Positions 18,435-28,235 of a DNA stretch of 39,928 nt are shown here, in pieces (within the stretch, counting starts at the first letter, position 1; every line of letters begins with the position of its first letter). The notes below the pieces were generated by a model that was given only the letters and a program-made list of their open reading frames with translations, had not been told where the DNA came from and did not search any database. Position numbers and translations under genes: made by a program. Location of the stretch: IMG/VR virus record IMGVR_UViG_2526164663_000052; one strand, written 5' to 3'. This stretch comes from a virus (taxonomy: Duplodnaviria > Heunggongvirae > Uroviricota > Caudoviricetes).

Positions 18435-18610
18435 TTGTTTAAGGTATGCAAATGCATTACCTTACCCCCTTCAGGCGCGTGTCGTGATTTTCTAACCTGT
18501 ATTTAACGGGCTTTAAAATCTGCGTGAAGCGCCTTTGTATTTTTCCCCTGGAAGCACTTCCTGAAATCCCGCAAAACCCGCCCTGAAAATTCCCGGCCTA
18601 TGCTGCCGGA

Positions 18611-19735
18611 ATGAAGACGAAAAACACGCCCAAACTTGCTTATGCCATTCTGAATGCCATCAGCCTGTCCGCAGACGGGGACGGTGACTGGTGTCAGATC
18701 ATGCCAGCCGGTCGGGTAAAGGCCCGTGACGGTCGCCCGGAAAAACCGGCCGAGGGCTGGCTGATCAACCATGCAGCCGTTGAGCGCATGGTCTCCCGGG
18801 TTGTGGCGCTCAATCAGCCGGTGAAAATTGACTACAACCACCAGACCCTGATTAAGGGGCATCAGGCACCGGCTGCCGGTTTTGTGATGGCCTCACCGGA
18901 GAATTTTCGCTTCAGTGAAGAGCGTGGCTTCGAGGTGCGCCCAAAGTGGAACCCTCCGGCCCTTGAACATCTGCGTAATAACGAATTCCCCTGGTTTTCA
19001 CCGGTGATTGGCTATGACGAGAACACCGGCGAACCTGTCGAACTTCGGATGCTGGCTATTACCGGTGACCCCGGTCTGACCGGCATGAATCCTGTCGCCG
19101 CGCTGTCGGCGGATGACCTTTATAACGCCTTAAACCCTCCTTTAAAGGATACCTCCATGAATGAGCAATTACGCCAGTTGCTGACGGCGCTCGGTCTGAC
19201 CGTGGCTGACGGTGACGAATTTACGCCGGAGCTGGGCACGGCGGCGCTGTCTGCCCTCACCGGGATCAAAACCCGTGCGGATGCACACGACAACCTGAAA
19301 ACACAGGTCGCCAGTCTGTCGGCAGAGCTGGAAACCGCAAAAGGCACACCGGCTGGCGGCAGTATTGATCTGACGAAATACGTGCCCGTTGAAACGTATA
19401 ACGCCCTGCGTACCGAATACGTTGCGCTGTCGGCGCAGCACGGCAGCACCACGCTGGAGCAGGTGCTGGACAAGGCTGAATCCGAAGGGCGCATCTTCAA
19501 AAGCGAACGCGGCTATCTGGAACAACTGGGCGGGCAGATTGGCGTTGCGGCACTTTCTGCACAGCTTGACGCCCGCCAGCCGGTTGCGGCCCTGACCTCT
19601 CTTCAGACCGACACCGTGACCGTGCCGGATAAAAAGACTGCCACCGCTGCGCTGTCGGCTGAAGATATCGCGGCCGCCAAACTGCTGGGTAAAACCGAAG
19701 CCGAGTTCCTGAAAATGAAAGAGGAAATGCAATAA
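18611..19735 (+). CDS. Head maturation protease / scaffold, Mu I-like (gp32)
   Basis: 374 aa immediately upstream of the major capsid gene; C-terminal Ala-rich scaffold-like region. Confidence 0.75.
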   Translation: MKTKNTPKLAYAILNAISLSADGDGDWCQIMPAGRVKARDGRPEKPAEGWLINHAAVERMVSRVVALNQPVKIDYNHQTLIKGHQAPAAGFVMASPENFRFSEERGFEVRPKWNPPALEHLRNNEFPWFSPVIGYDENTGEPVELRMLAITGDPGLTGMNPVAALSADDLYNALNPPLKDTSMNEQLRQLLTALGLTVADGDEFTPELGTAALSALTGIKTRADAHDNLKTQVASLSAELETAKGTPAGGSIDLTKYVPVETYNALRTEYVALSAQHGSTTLEQVLDKAESEGRIFKSERGYLEQLGGQIGVAALSAQLDARQPVAALTSLQTDTVTVPDKKTATAALSAEDIAAAKLLGKTEAEFLKMKEEMQ

Positions 19736-20682
19736 TGCCTACCCCGATTACACCGGCGATGATCACCGCCCTGATGACGGGCTACCGTTCTGATTTTCAG
19801 GCCGGGATGTCCATGGCCCCGTCGCAGTATAAAAAAATTGCGATGACCGTGCCCTCCACATCGAAATCCAACACCTACGGCTGGCTGGGGCAGTTCCCGC
19901 AGTTCCGTGAGTGGATCGGCTCCCGCGTCATCGAGAAGATGAAAGCCTATGGCTATGCCATCGTGAACAAAACTTTTGAAGGCACTGTCGCCATTAGCCG
20001 CGATGACTTCGAAGACGACAACCTCGGTATTTATTCCCCGTTGTTCCAGGAGATGGGGCGCGCTGCGGCGGTACAACCGGATGAGCTGGTCTTTGCTGCC
20101 CTGCGTGACGGGATCAGTGCGGCCTGCTATGACGGTCAGAACTTCTTTGATACCGAACATCCGGTTTACCCTAAAGTGGATGGCTCCGGGGATGCGCAGA
20201 TGGTCAGCAATATGTTTGTGGCAAAAACCGGCTCTGTCGGCGCACAGGCTGATTACAGCGGTCCGGCCTGGTATCTGCTTGACTGCTCCCGCGCGGTAAA
20301 ACCGCTGATTTATCAGGATCGCCGTAAGGCTGAACTGGTTGCCCAGACCAAAGTCGATGAAGGTCGCGCATTCACCGATAATGAATTTGTGTTTGGTGCA
20401 TCCGCCCGTCGCAATGTGGGCTACGGCTTCTGGCAGATGGCCTACATGATGCAGTCACCGCTGACGCTGGATGCACTGTGGCACGGCTGGTCAGCCATGC
20501 GCGAATTTACCGCTGACGGTGGCCGCAAACTCGGCATCAAACCCACCCATATTGTTGTCCCCACCTCGCTGGAAAAACAGGCGGTGCAGCTGCTGGAGCG
20601 TGAACTGTTCGCAGACGGAAACGCAACCGTCTCTAACGAGATGAAGGGCAAGCTGGAGCTGGTTGTCGCGGATTATCTGTAA
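19735..20682 (+). CDS. Major capsid protein, Mu T-like (gp34)
   Basis: 315 aa in conserved position. Confidence 0.8.
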   Translation: MPTPITPAMITALMTGYRSDFQAGMSMAPSQYKKIAMTVPSTSKSNTYGWLGQFPQFREWIGSRVIEKMKAYGYAIVNKTFEGTVAISRDDFEDDNLGIYSPLFQEMGRAAAVQPDELVFAALRDGISAACYDGQNFFDTEHPVYPKVDGSGDAQMVSNMFVAKTGSVGAQADYSGPAWYLLDCSRAVKPLIYQDRRKAELVAQTKVDEGRAFTDNEFVFGASARRNVGYGFWQMAYMMQSPLTLDALWHGWSAMREFTADGGRKLGIKPTHIVVPTSLEKQAVQLLERELFADGNATVSNEMKGKLELVVADYL

Positions 20683-20725
20683 ACGGTGAGCCGGGCTTAC
20701 GGCCCGGCCCCTGCGGAGGGCAAAT

Positions 20726-21115
20726 ATGAATGAACATCACACTGTGGCAGCAACAGATGATTCAGGTCTTCAGGTCAGTGGTGACAATTCTGTCACGGTG
20801 CTGGCAGAAGTGCGTTGCAGTCGTTCGGCGTTTCGTCGTGCGGGGTTCCTGTTCACGCGTGGACGTCAGCAGGTTGAGGTCACCCCGGAGCAGCTTGCCC
20901 GACTGGAGGCGGAGCCATGCCTCACTGTGCGAATACTACAGACGTCTGCTGATGATGCGGGGAGCGTGGCGGGTGTGGTTCATGCAGTGGCCTGTACAGA
21001 TTTAGCCGAAGCCGAAGCCGAAGCCGAAGCCGAAGCCGAAGCCGAAGCCGGACAGGATGCTCCCCGGAAAAAGACCGGTAACAAAGCGAAACAGGCGAAA
21101 AAGGCCCGCGCATGA
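20726..21115 (+). CDS. Hypothetical head-region protein with internal (Ala-Glu)n repeat and Lys-rich C-terminus
   Basis: 129 aa between capsid and gp36-like genes; contains AEAEAEAEAEAEAE encoded by the GCCGAA repeat. Confidence 0.5.
   Translation: MNEHHTVAATDDSGLQVSGDNSVTVLAEVRCSRSAFRRAGFLFTRGRQQVEVTPEQLARLEAEPCLTVRILQTSADDAGSVAGVVHAVACTDLAEAEAEAEAEAEAEAGQDAPRKKTGNKAKQAKKARA
21005..21050 (+). repeat. Perfect hexanucleotide tandem repeat (GCCGAA) x7.7 inside a coding region
   Basis: Seen directly: gccgaa repeated without interruption, in frame, encoding (Ala-Glu)n. Confidence 0.95.
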
Positions 21116-21531
21116 ATTACGCCACTGAAACCGATATGCGGGCGCGTTACCGCGAGGATTTGCTCAGGCCGTTACTGGCTGTGCCCCGTTCGGATGAGCC
21201 GGACACGCGCAAGCTGAACCGGGCGCTGACAGATGCGTCAGCCCTTATCGACAGCTATCTGTCCGCCCGTTACACGTTGCCGCTGGAGGTTATTCCGGCC
21301 GTTCTTGTTCAGCACTGTTGCGCGATTGCCTTTTATTACCTGTGCGATCAGCGAGCCTCCGATCAGGTGCGTGACCGTTACCGTGAAGCGCTGGCCTGGC
21401 TGAAAGATGTCATGAACGGCAATGTGCCGGTCGGTGTGGATACGAACGGTGCGGCCCCTGAATCCGGGGATTTACCACTGGTTCAGTCTGATGCAGCGGT
21501 ATTCGGGCGCAACCAGAAGGGCTTCATATGA
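21112..21531 (+). CDS. Mu gp36-like head/neck protein
   Basis: 139 aa; assigned by position and size. Confidence 0.5.
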   Translation: MNYATETDMRARYREDLLRPLLAVPRSDEPDTRKLNRALTDASALIDSYLSARYTLPLEVIPAVLVQHCCAIAFYYLCDQRASDQVRDRYREALAWLKDVMNGNVPVGVDTNGAAPESGDLPLVQSDAAVFGRNQKGFI

Positions 21532-22088
21532 TTACGGAAACCGAACAGGCATACATCGCCCGTATCCGTGAGTATTTCGGGAATGAACTTGTGTCTGTTG
21601 ACACGCATCCCGGCGACTGGAGCGACGGCGTACTGCGCAGCATGCTGATTAACGCCCCGGCGATCTACGTTGCCTGGCTGGGTGCCGGTGAAGGCCGTAC
21701 CCGTGGTCGCCTGGTCAGTCACTGGGTGTTCTACGTCATCGGCGACATGCTCAACGGGCGTGAGGCCAGCCGTCCCGGACTGTATCAGATTGTGGCCCGG
21801 CTGATTGCCGTGCTTAACGGCTTCAGAACAGAAAAAACCTCACCGCTTTACTTTGAAAAGGCTGTCAACGGTTACACCGAAACCCAGGCGAACAGTGGTG
21901 CGGTGATGTATGCGCTTTATTTCTCCTGCGAGGAAATGATCGCACCACTGACCGATATCAGCTCGCTGGATGATTTCCTGCGTCATTACGAAACCTTTGT
22001 GGAGCCGCCCGGTACGCCGCCGTTTGAGGCACATATTGATTTGCCGGGGAACACGACAACGGCGGTCGAACCGCCGGAGGAACTGTAA
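21528..22088 (+). CDS. Mu gp37-like protein
   Basis: 186 aa; assigned by position. Confidence 0.5.
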   Translation: MITETEQAYIARIREYFGNELVSVDTHPGDWSDGVLRSMLINAPAIYVAWLGAGEGRTRGRLVSHWVFYVIGDMLNGREASRPGLYQIVARLIAVLNGFRTEKTSPLYFEKAVNGYTETQANSGAVMYALYFSCEEMIAPLTDISSLDDFLRHYETFVEPPGTPPFEAHIDLPGNTTTAVEPPEEL

Positions 22089-22334
22089 ATGAAAACCATC
22101 TTTATCAAACCCGCGCCGGGACGCCTGATTCGTGATCCCGACACAATGCGCCCGCTGGCACAGGAGGGGGAGGAAAAGCCCTTTACGCCGTTCTGGTGTC
22201 GGCGTCTTGATGACGGCGATGTCATTCAGGCTGAAAAAGCCGCTGAAGAGGCTCCGGCTGTATCTGCGGATGCAACGACTGCGACAGAAAAACCGGTCGC
22301 CCAACCGGCATCCGATAAGGAGAAACCGCAATGA
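22089..22334 (+). CDS. Mu gp38-like small protein
   Basis: 81 aa, immediately upstream of the sheath gene. Confidence 0.45.
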   Translation: MKTIFIKPAPGRLIRDPDTMRPLAQEGEEKPFTPFWCRRLDDGDVIQAEKAAEEAPAVSADATTATEKPVAQPASDKEKPQ

Positions 22335-23833
22335 TTAATTTTGACGGGATCGGTAATGACCGCCGTATACCGCTGATTGAGGTTGAGTTTAATAACTCCA
22401 TGGCTGTCACCGGCACTCCGGCACAGCGTCAGTGTGTGCTGCTGTTTGGTCAGGCGAGAATGAAAGAGAATGCCGTGGACGGTGCCGGTGTTCTGGATGT
22501 TCCGGTCAGGATCACCCGTGCGTCTCAGGCAACAGAACTCTGGGGGCGCGGCTCCATGATTGCCCTGATGGTGGCGGAATTTATCGCCATCAATCCTGAT
22601 GCTGAACTGTATGCCATTGCTCAGGGGAACGGCACCGGACAGGCAACGGCTGCGGCCATGAATCTGACCGGAACGGTCACCCGTGACGGGATTGTTTATG
22701 CCTGCGTGGGGGGGCGGCGTTATACACTCCCGGCACCAAAAGGTAAGAAAGGCAAAGAACTGACCGACGAGCTGGCCGCGCTGATCAATGCCGATCCTGA
22801 CGCGCCCTTCACGGCCTCCTCTGGTGCAGGAAGTGGTGATAATGGCGCAGGTCTGAAAGGGTCTCTGGGGATCACCGCCCGCTTTACCGGTGAATGCTCC
22901 GTTCATGATGTGCGCCTGAACTATTACGACGGGGAAGCAACCCCGGAAGGAATACAGGTCGCTATAGCCTATCCGAAACAAAAAGCGGCTAACCCGGATA
23001 TCACCCGAAGCGTGGCGGGTATGGGCGATCGCCAGTACAACTATGTCGTCATGCCCTATAAGGATGATGCAAACCTGAAAATCATCAGTGATGAGCTTCT
23101 GAAACGCTGGGGACCGGCCAAAATGTCTGACGGCGTGCTGTGGCTGGCACATACCGGCACGTTTGGTGAGGTGCAGGCATTCGGGGCAAAACGCAATGAT
23201 TTTCTGGCGACCTGCACATCCATTCCCAAAGCCCCTGAACCGGATTACCTCTGGGCAGCGGCGGTCTGTGCCACCTGTGCACCCTCTCTGGGAGCAGATC
23301 CTGCGCGTCCGCTTCAGACGCTGGCGCTTCCGTCACGCATGGCCCCGGCTCCGGCCGATCGTCTGACGCGTGAAGAGCGTAACAGTCTGCTGTGGGGAGG
23401 GATTGCCACGGTCAGTGTGGCTGCCGGTGATGTGGTTCAGATCGAACGTCAGGTGACCATGTATCGCCAGAACGTGTACGGCGAAAGTGATCCCAGCTAT
23501 CTGGATGTGGAAACCATCTACACCCTCTCCTGGCTGCGTTATTCCCTGCGTACTTTTATCACACAACGTTTTCCGCGCCATAAACTGGCTGATGACGGGA
23601 CGCCCGTTCGTGCCGGTCAGAATATCGTGACGCCGGAGATCATGAAGCTTCAGTTAATTTCGCTGGGTGAAGAGTGGGTGGAACTCGGGCTGGTCGAAAA
23701 TCTGGACACCTTTAAAAAGAATCTGCTTGTGGAGCGTAATGCGTCAGATCGAAACCGTCTTGACGTGTTATGCACGCCGGATCTGGTTAACCAGTTCCGC
23801 TTCCTGGCAGCACAGATCCGTTTCATTTTGTGA
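22331..23833 (+). CDS. Contractile tail sheath protein (Mu L-like)
   Basis: 500 aa, followed by the tail tube gene. Confidence 0.85.
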   Translation: MINFDGIGNDRRIPLIEVEFNNSMAVTGTPAQRQCVLLFGQARMKENAVDGAGVLDVPVRITRASQATELWGRGSMIALMVAEFIAINPDAELYAIAQGNGTGQATAAAMNLTGTVTRDGIVYACVGGRRYTLPAPKGKKGKELTDELAALINADPDAPFTASSGAGSGDNGAGLKGSLGITARFTGECSVHDVRLNYYDGEATPEGIQVAIAYPKQKAANPDITRSVAGMGDRQYNYVVMPYKDDANLKIISDELLKRWGPAKMSDGVLWLAHTGTFGEVQAFGAKRNDFLATCTSIPKAPEPDYLWAAAVCATCAPSLGADPARPLQTLALPSRMAPAPADRLTREERNSLLWGGIATVSVAAGDVVQIERQVTMYRQNVYGESDPSYLDVETIYTLSWLRYSLRTFITQRFPRHKLADDGTPVRAGQNIVTPEIMKLQLISLGEEWVELGLVENLDTFKKNLLVERNASDRNRLDVLCTPDLVNQFRFLAAQIRFIL

Positions 23834-23841
23834 GGTAAGGC

Positions 23842-24207
23842 ATGAGCGGAAAACAGTATCAGGGTACGGCCACTATCCGTGTGAACGGTCAGGAATACGA
23901 GACGCTTGAGGGGGCTACATTTTCTCCGTCTGGTTTTGAACGTGAAGTGGTGAAAGGCGCGAAAGTCTATGGTTACCGCCAGAAACCACGTGAAGCGACG
24001 CTGGACTGCAAATTTCCGGCAGGCGGAGAAGGTTCACCAGCCGCCGATGAAATCAACAACTGGACTGCGGTCACTATCGAGTTTGTGGCGGATACCGGCG
24101 AAGTCCACATGATGACGAAGGCCTGGAGCAGTGAACCGGCCTCGCTTGACGGTGGCGGGGAGATCTCCGTGAAGTTCGCCAGCGCCTCCAGTACCCGTGT
24201 TCAGTGA
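23842..24207 (+). CDS. Tail tube protein (Mu M-like)
   Basis: 121 aa directly after the sheath gene. Confidence 0.8.
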   Translation: MSGKQYQGTATIRVNGQEYETLEGATFSPSGFEREVVKGAKVYGYRQKPREATLDCKFPAGGEGSPAADEINNWTAVTIEFVADTGEVHMMTKAWSSEPASLDGGGEISVKFASASSTRVQ

Positions 24208-24262
24208 TCAGGAAAAATAAAATGACCACACGTAAGAAAAAACGGCAGTTTCCGAGGCAGCC

Positions 24263-24697
24263 GTGATGGAGGCAATCCGGGAAGCACTTGAGGGGGCTGA
24301 TCCACGCACTGCCGGGCTGACAGAGCAACTGGCAAAGGGATATGTGGATCTGCTTGATGGTCTGCCGTTTGGTGAGACCCGTGAATATCGTGTCACGTTC
24401 CGGGAACTGACAGCGAAAGACAGTATTGACGCAGAAGCAGAAGCCGAGCGCGTGGTGGAGACAAACAATGGCCCGATGCTGATAGCGTCTCCGTCGTTAC
24501 GCGGTGTTGCACTGCTGCGCCGTCAGATTGCCGCAGTGGGAGACATTGAAGGTCCGTTGTCACCCCGTCAGATTGGACAGTTAAGCGAGCGCGATCTCTC
24601 CCGCCTGATGGCAGCGGTCAGCCTGCTGGATACCGCGCTTGCCGGAAAGCTGGCAGCTGACCGGGGGCGATCAGGCGCAGTGTCGGGATCAGATTGA
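24263..24697 (+). CDS. Tail assembly chaperone (Mu gp41-like); probable frameshift partner at 24639..24821
   Basis: 144 aa upstream of the tape measure gene, with an overlapping ORF in another frame that ends just before it. Confidence 0.55.
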   Translation: MMEAIREALEGADPRTAGLTEQLAKGYVDLLDGLPFGETREYRVTFRELTAKDSIDAEAEAERVVETNNGPMLIASPSLRGVALLRRQIAAVGDIEGPLSPRQIGQLSERDLSRLMAAVSLLDTALAGKLAADRGRSGAVSGSD

Positions 24698-24823
24698 AGA
24701 AGCGGCAATTATCCTGGGGATGGTGACAAAAAGCGGTCCGGAATGGGCGCTTAACCTCCCCCTGTCGCAACTTTACCGGCACTGCCGACAGACAGAAAAA
24801 ATCATCAGAACGAAGCAGTAAGT

Positions 24824-26899
24824 ATGGCCCGAAATCTCAGAGCATCTCTGATAGTTGATTTGCTCGGCAATATCTCAGCCAAATCCCGCCAGTGGTCACA
24901 GGAGCTGGGGGCATTCTCACGCTCCGGCCAGGCGGGGCTGGGTGGCCTGGGAAATGCTGCCCGCCGTGCCGGGCAGGAAACAGATGTACTCGGAAGCAGG
25001 ATGCAGCGCACGCTGGCCGGGGTGCGGGGCAGTATCCGCCATGTCACTTCTGATTTTGACCGTCTTCAGGGCAGTATTACCGGCACCATCGGGCGGATCA
25101 GCAATCTTTACGGAATGCTGGCCGGTGGTGCTGCTGTATATGGCTTTAACCGGGGATTTATTCGCCCGGCAGCGGAGATGGAAACCTATATGATTCGCCT
25201 GAACTCCCTTTACAAAGGGGATCGGGCGAAAACTGATGATGTCCGCAGGTGGGCAATACAGAATGCGAAGGAAACCACCTGGGGGCTGGCTGGCGTCATG
25301 CAGGAATATACGTCCAGTCTGGGCTTTGGTATGAGTGACAGGGAGGCCCGAAATTTTGTCACCATGCTTCAGGATCAGGGTGCCGTGGGCGGCTGGTCAC
25401 TGTCCGATGCACAGGGGGCATCCCTGCAACTGAAACAGATGTATGCAAGAGGCAGTATTCAGGCGGCGGATGCAAATATTCTTGCCACCTACGGCATTAA
25501 TGCCTACCGCGTGCTGGCTGATCGTCTGGGTGTGGACCAGAAAGTGGTCAGAAAACTTGGTGAAAAAGGGCTGCTTGGGCCGGACAGTATTCGCCTGTTA
25601 TTTCAGACGCTGGCGGAACAGGCCAGGGGAGCACAAAAGGACGCAATGAATTCCTGGAGTGGCCTGACGGCCATGATGGGTGACGTCTGGGATCAGTTTG
25701 CCCGGGATGTGATGGACAGTGGGCCATTTGAAAAACTGAAGGGTAATCTCAGGGGATTTCTTTCATGGGTTGACAGTGCCAAATCTGATGGCAGTTACCA
25801 TTCCCTGGCGGAAAGCACGGCATCAGCCATGAACCAGGGCTTTGAGTATGCCCGTGATGCAGTGACAGGGTTTTATCAGGCGATCAGAAAGGTACGCGAC
25901 ACGCTTCAGGCTCTGCGGGATGCGGGCTATGGTGATGCGCTGGATCGCATTGGTCAGGGGGCACAGACCGCCGCGAAATACCTGCTGTACATGTATCTCG
26001 CCACCCGTGCCCTGAAAATGGCGCGGGCTGTCGGAACGGGGATTATACGTCCGGGTGCTGCATTGCTGGGATACGGATTATCAGCGGCGGCCTTCCTGAC
26101 TTCACCTTTCCGGCGCTCTCCTCCGGCCGGAACACCACCAGGCACATCTCAGGGACGAGGGCAACGTTTTATAAACTTTCTTACCGGGGTAAATCCGGCA
26201 GCCGTTCAGCCAGTACTTGTAACAAACTGGCCCACAGGAGGACTGTCCGGCACCGGCGCGACCGATACTTCCTCAGGCGGACGTCAGGGGCGGGGCCGCA
26301 GGAAACGCGGACCGGGGCGCGGAAGGCCGGTCACGCCTCCCCTGCCACCGTCCCCAGTGCCACCGTCTCCCTCTTCTGGTGGGGCAGGGTTCTGGGGGCG
26401 CATGATGGGGCGCGCCGGTGGGTTACTTTCGTCTGTCGGTAGCCGCATGGGGCTGGGGCGTTTCTCCGGCTTTTTCCGCAGTGCCGGTGGACTGGCCGGC
26501 CGGCTGGGTGGAGGTGCCCTGTGGGCTGGCGCGATGGCAGCCCCGGTTCTGCTGGATGGCAGCGCCAGTGCCACAGACAAGGGAGAAGCGGTCGGCTCTC
26601 TTGCAGGCAGTATTGCCGGTGGTGCGCTGGGGGCGGCAGCCGGACCTGTGGGGATTGCCATTGGTTCTACGGTGGGCAGCTATCTCGGTAACTATCTGGG
26701 GGGATGGCTGACTGAAGCCTGGCAGAAATTACGGGGCAGTGATGATGAAAGCAGTGGACAGGCGGTACAAAAAGCCTCTGCCCGTGTGGAGCTGGTTGCC
26801 CCGGAAGGGTGGCAGGCTCGCAGTATTGATATTGATGACACGTCCGGTCACGGACTGGATGTGAATGTCTGGAACGGAGGGAATTATGGCCTCTGGTGA
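24824..26899 (+). CDS. Tail tape measure protein
   Basis: 691 aa with a Gly/Pro-rich low-complexity centre and a Gly/Ala-rich hydrophobic C-terminal region. Confidence 0.85.
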   Translation: MARNLRASLIVDLLGNISAKSRQWSQELGAFSRSGQAGLGGLGNAARRAGQETDVLGSRMQRTLAGVRGSIRHVTSDFDRLQGSITGTIGRISNLYGMLAGGAAVYGFNRGFIRPAAEMETYMIRLNSLYKGDRAKTDDVRRWAIQNAKETTWGLAGVMQEYTSSLGFGMSDREARNFVTMLQDQGAVGGWSLSDAQGASLQLKQMYARGSIQAADANILATYGINAYRVLADRLGVDQKVVRKLGEKGLLGPDSIRLLFQTLAEQARGAQKDAMNSWSGLTAMMGDVWDQFARDVMDSGPFEKLKGNLRGFLSWVDSAKSDGSYHSLAESTASAMNQGFEYARDAVTGFYQAIRKVRDTLQALRDAGYGDALDRIGQGAQTAAKYLLYMYLATRALKMARAVGTGIIRPGAALLGYGLSAAAFLTSPFRRSPPAGTPPGTSQGRGQRFINFLTGVNPAAVQPVLVTNWPTGGLSGTGATDTSSGGRQGRGRRKRGPGRGRPVTPPLPPSPVPPSPSSGGAGFWGRMMGRAGGLLSSVGSRMGLGRFSGFFRSAGGLAGRLGGGALWAGAMAAPVLLDGSASATDKGEAVGSLAGSIAGGALGAAAGPVGIAIGSTVGSYLGNYLGGWLTEAWQKLRGSDDESSGQAVQKASARVELVAPEGWQARSIDIDDTSGHGLDVNVWNGGNYGLW

Positions 26900-28235
26900 C
26901 GGTCGTGGTGCGTTCCGTGGTGTGCCGTTCCTCGTCTGGCGTGAGCAGCGCGAACGTGGCGGGCGAAACATTGTCCGTCGGGAATATCCGTTACGGGAAA
27001 CCGGTGGTGCAGACGATCTGGGACCTAAACTGGCTGAATTTACGTTCAGTGTACTTGTGATGGGGGATGATGTTCAGACACAGCGAAATCGTCTGCGTGA
27101 TGCCCTTCGTGCTCCCGGTGCCGGGGAGCTGCTTCACCCGGATTACGGCACGTTAAATGTGCTGATAAACAGCTTTGAAAGTCGTTATAACGCTGCTGAA
27201 CAGGGCGTGGTTGAGTTCACCATTAATGTCACGCCGGTAAGTGATGATACCGCACCTGCTGTCACACAGGACACGGCCGCCATTCTGGAGCAGAAGAGTA
27301 CCACCGCGCTCGGGAAGGTTTTTGAAACCCTGGAAGCGGGCTGGACGGTGATTTCTGACGGAATGCACGATGTCCAGGCAATGACCGAAACCATCAGCGA
27401 TAAGGTGTCCGCCCTGGAAAATGCCGTTTCCGGCATGGGGATTGTACAGGATATCAGTGCCTTTACTGCCACGTTCACGGCGCTGAAAGGGAATGCCACG
27501 GCATTACTGACAGCACCTTCCCGCATGGCCTCATCTTTTGCGGGGCTTTTCAGTGCCCTGATCACCCTGCCATCGCTGCCGTCACTGTCTTCAGGAGGCC
27601 TGAATACCCGGCCCGGTGGCAGTATCGGCCGGACGACATCCGCCGTCTCTCAGGGAATGCCGCAACTGTACAGGACATTATCTTCCCTGCGTTACGTGCT
27701 GGATGAGCAGGATAATCCGCAGACTCTCATCGGTCTGACACCGGCAGCACAAAAGAATATTCGTCTGATACGGGCGGTAATGCAGAGTGCTGCCGTGGTG
27801 GCCCAGGCACAGACCGTGGGAAAACTGCTGGATCAGGTTCTCAGTCAGGAAACCCTGCCGGACAGTGACGCAGCCCACCGTACCTGGCCTGTCTGGCTGG
27901 AAAGTTCAGTTGATCTTCAGCGCATTAACCGTGACTTAAGCGAAGCGCTCGAACGGCAGGTGATGACACTGTCCGGGCAGGGGTATACCGCCACGGCGCT
28001 GACGCTTCGTGATGCCAGACTGGCACTGACAGAGGATCTGAATACACGGGGAGTTCAGCTACCCGGTGCAACAGTAGTGACTGTACGTACCACCGAGCCT
28101 GCACTGGTGACCCTGTACCGTGCCACCGGGAACAGTACCGGCTGGCAACGTTTTGTGCGCCGTAACGGTATTGTTGATCCGCTGTTCATTCCCGGAGGCC
28201 ATTCAGTGGAGGTGATTAGTGAGCAGCAGGGTTGA
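26865..28235 (+). CDS. DNA circularisation protein, Mu N-like (gp43)
   Basis: 456 aa; position and N-terminal region are consistent with Mu N. Confidence 0.75.
   Translation: MSGTEGIMASGDGRGAFRGVPFLVWREQRERGGRNIVRREYPLRETGGADDLGPKLAEFTFSVLVMGDDVQTQRNRLRDALRAPGAGELLHPDYGTLNVLINSFESRYNAAEQGVVEFTINVTPVSDDTAPAVTQDTAAILEQKSTTALGKVFETLEAGWTVISDGMHDVQAMTETISDKVSALENAVSGMGIVQDISAFTATFTALKGNATALLTAPSRMASSFAGLFSALITLPSLPSLSSGGLNTRPGGSIGRTTSAVSQGMPQLYRTLSSLRYVLDEQDNPQTLIGLTPAAQKNIRLIRAVMQSAAVVAQAQTVGKLLDQVLSQETLPDSDAAHRTWPVWLESSVDLQRINRDLSEALERQVMTLSGQGYTATALTLRDARLALTEDLNTRGVQLPGATVVTVRTTEPALVTLYRATGNSTGWQRFVRRNGIVDPLFIPGGHSVEVISEQQG

Noticed and set aside
21005-21050. Possible CRISPR array
   Set aside because: The repeat unit is 6 bp with no spacers; nowhere in the window are there 25-40 bp repeats separated by unique spacers.
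20922-21113. Minus-strand ORF encoding (RL)n across the GCCGAA repeat
   Set aside because: It is the reverse-strand reading of the microsatellite inside a + strand gene.
22226-23152. 308-aa antisense ORF inside the tail sheath gene (and similar long antisense ORFs at 28654..29457, 14908..15507, 12599..13192, 19169..19732)
   Set aside because: They lie entirely within well-supported structural genes on the opposite strand, have Cys/His/Arg-rich junk-like composition, and lack convincing ribosome-binding sites.
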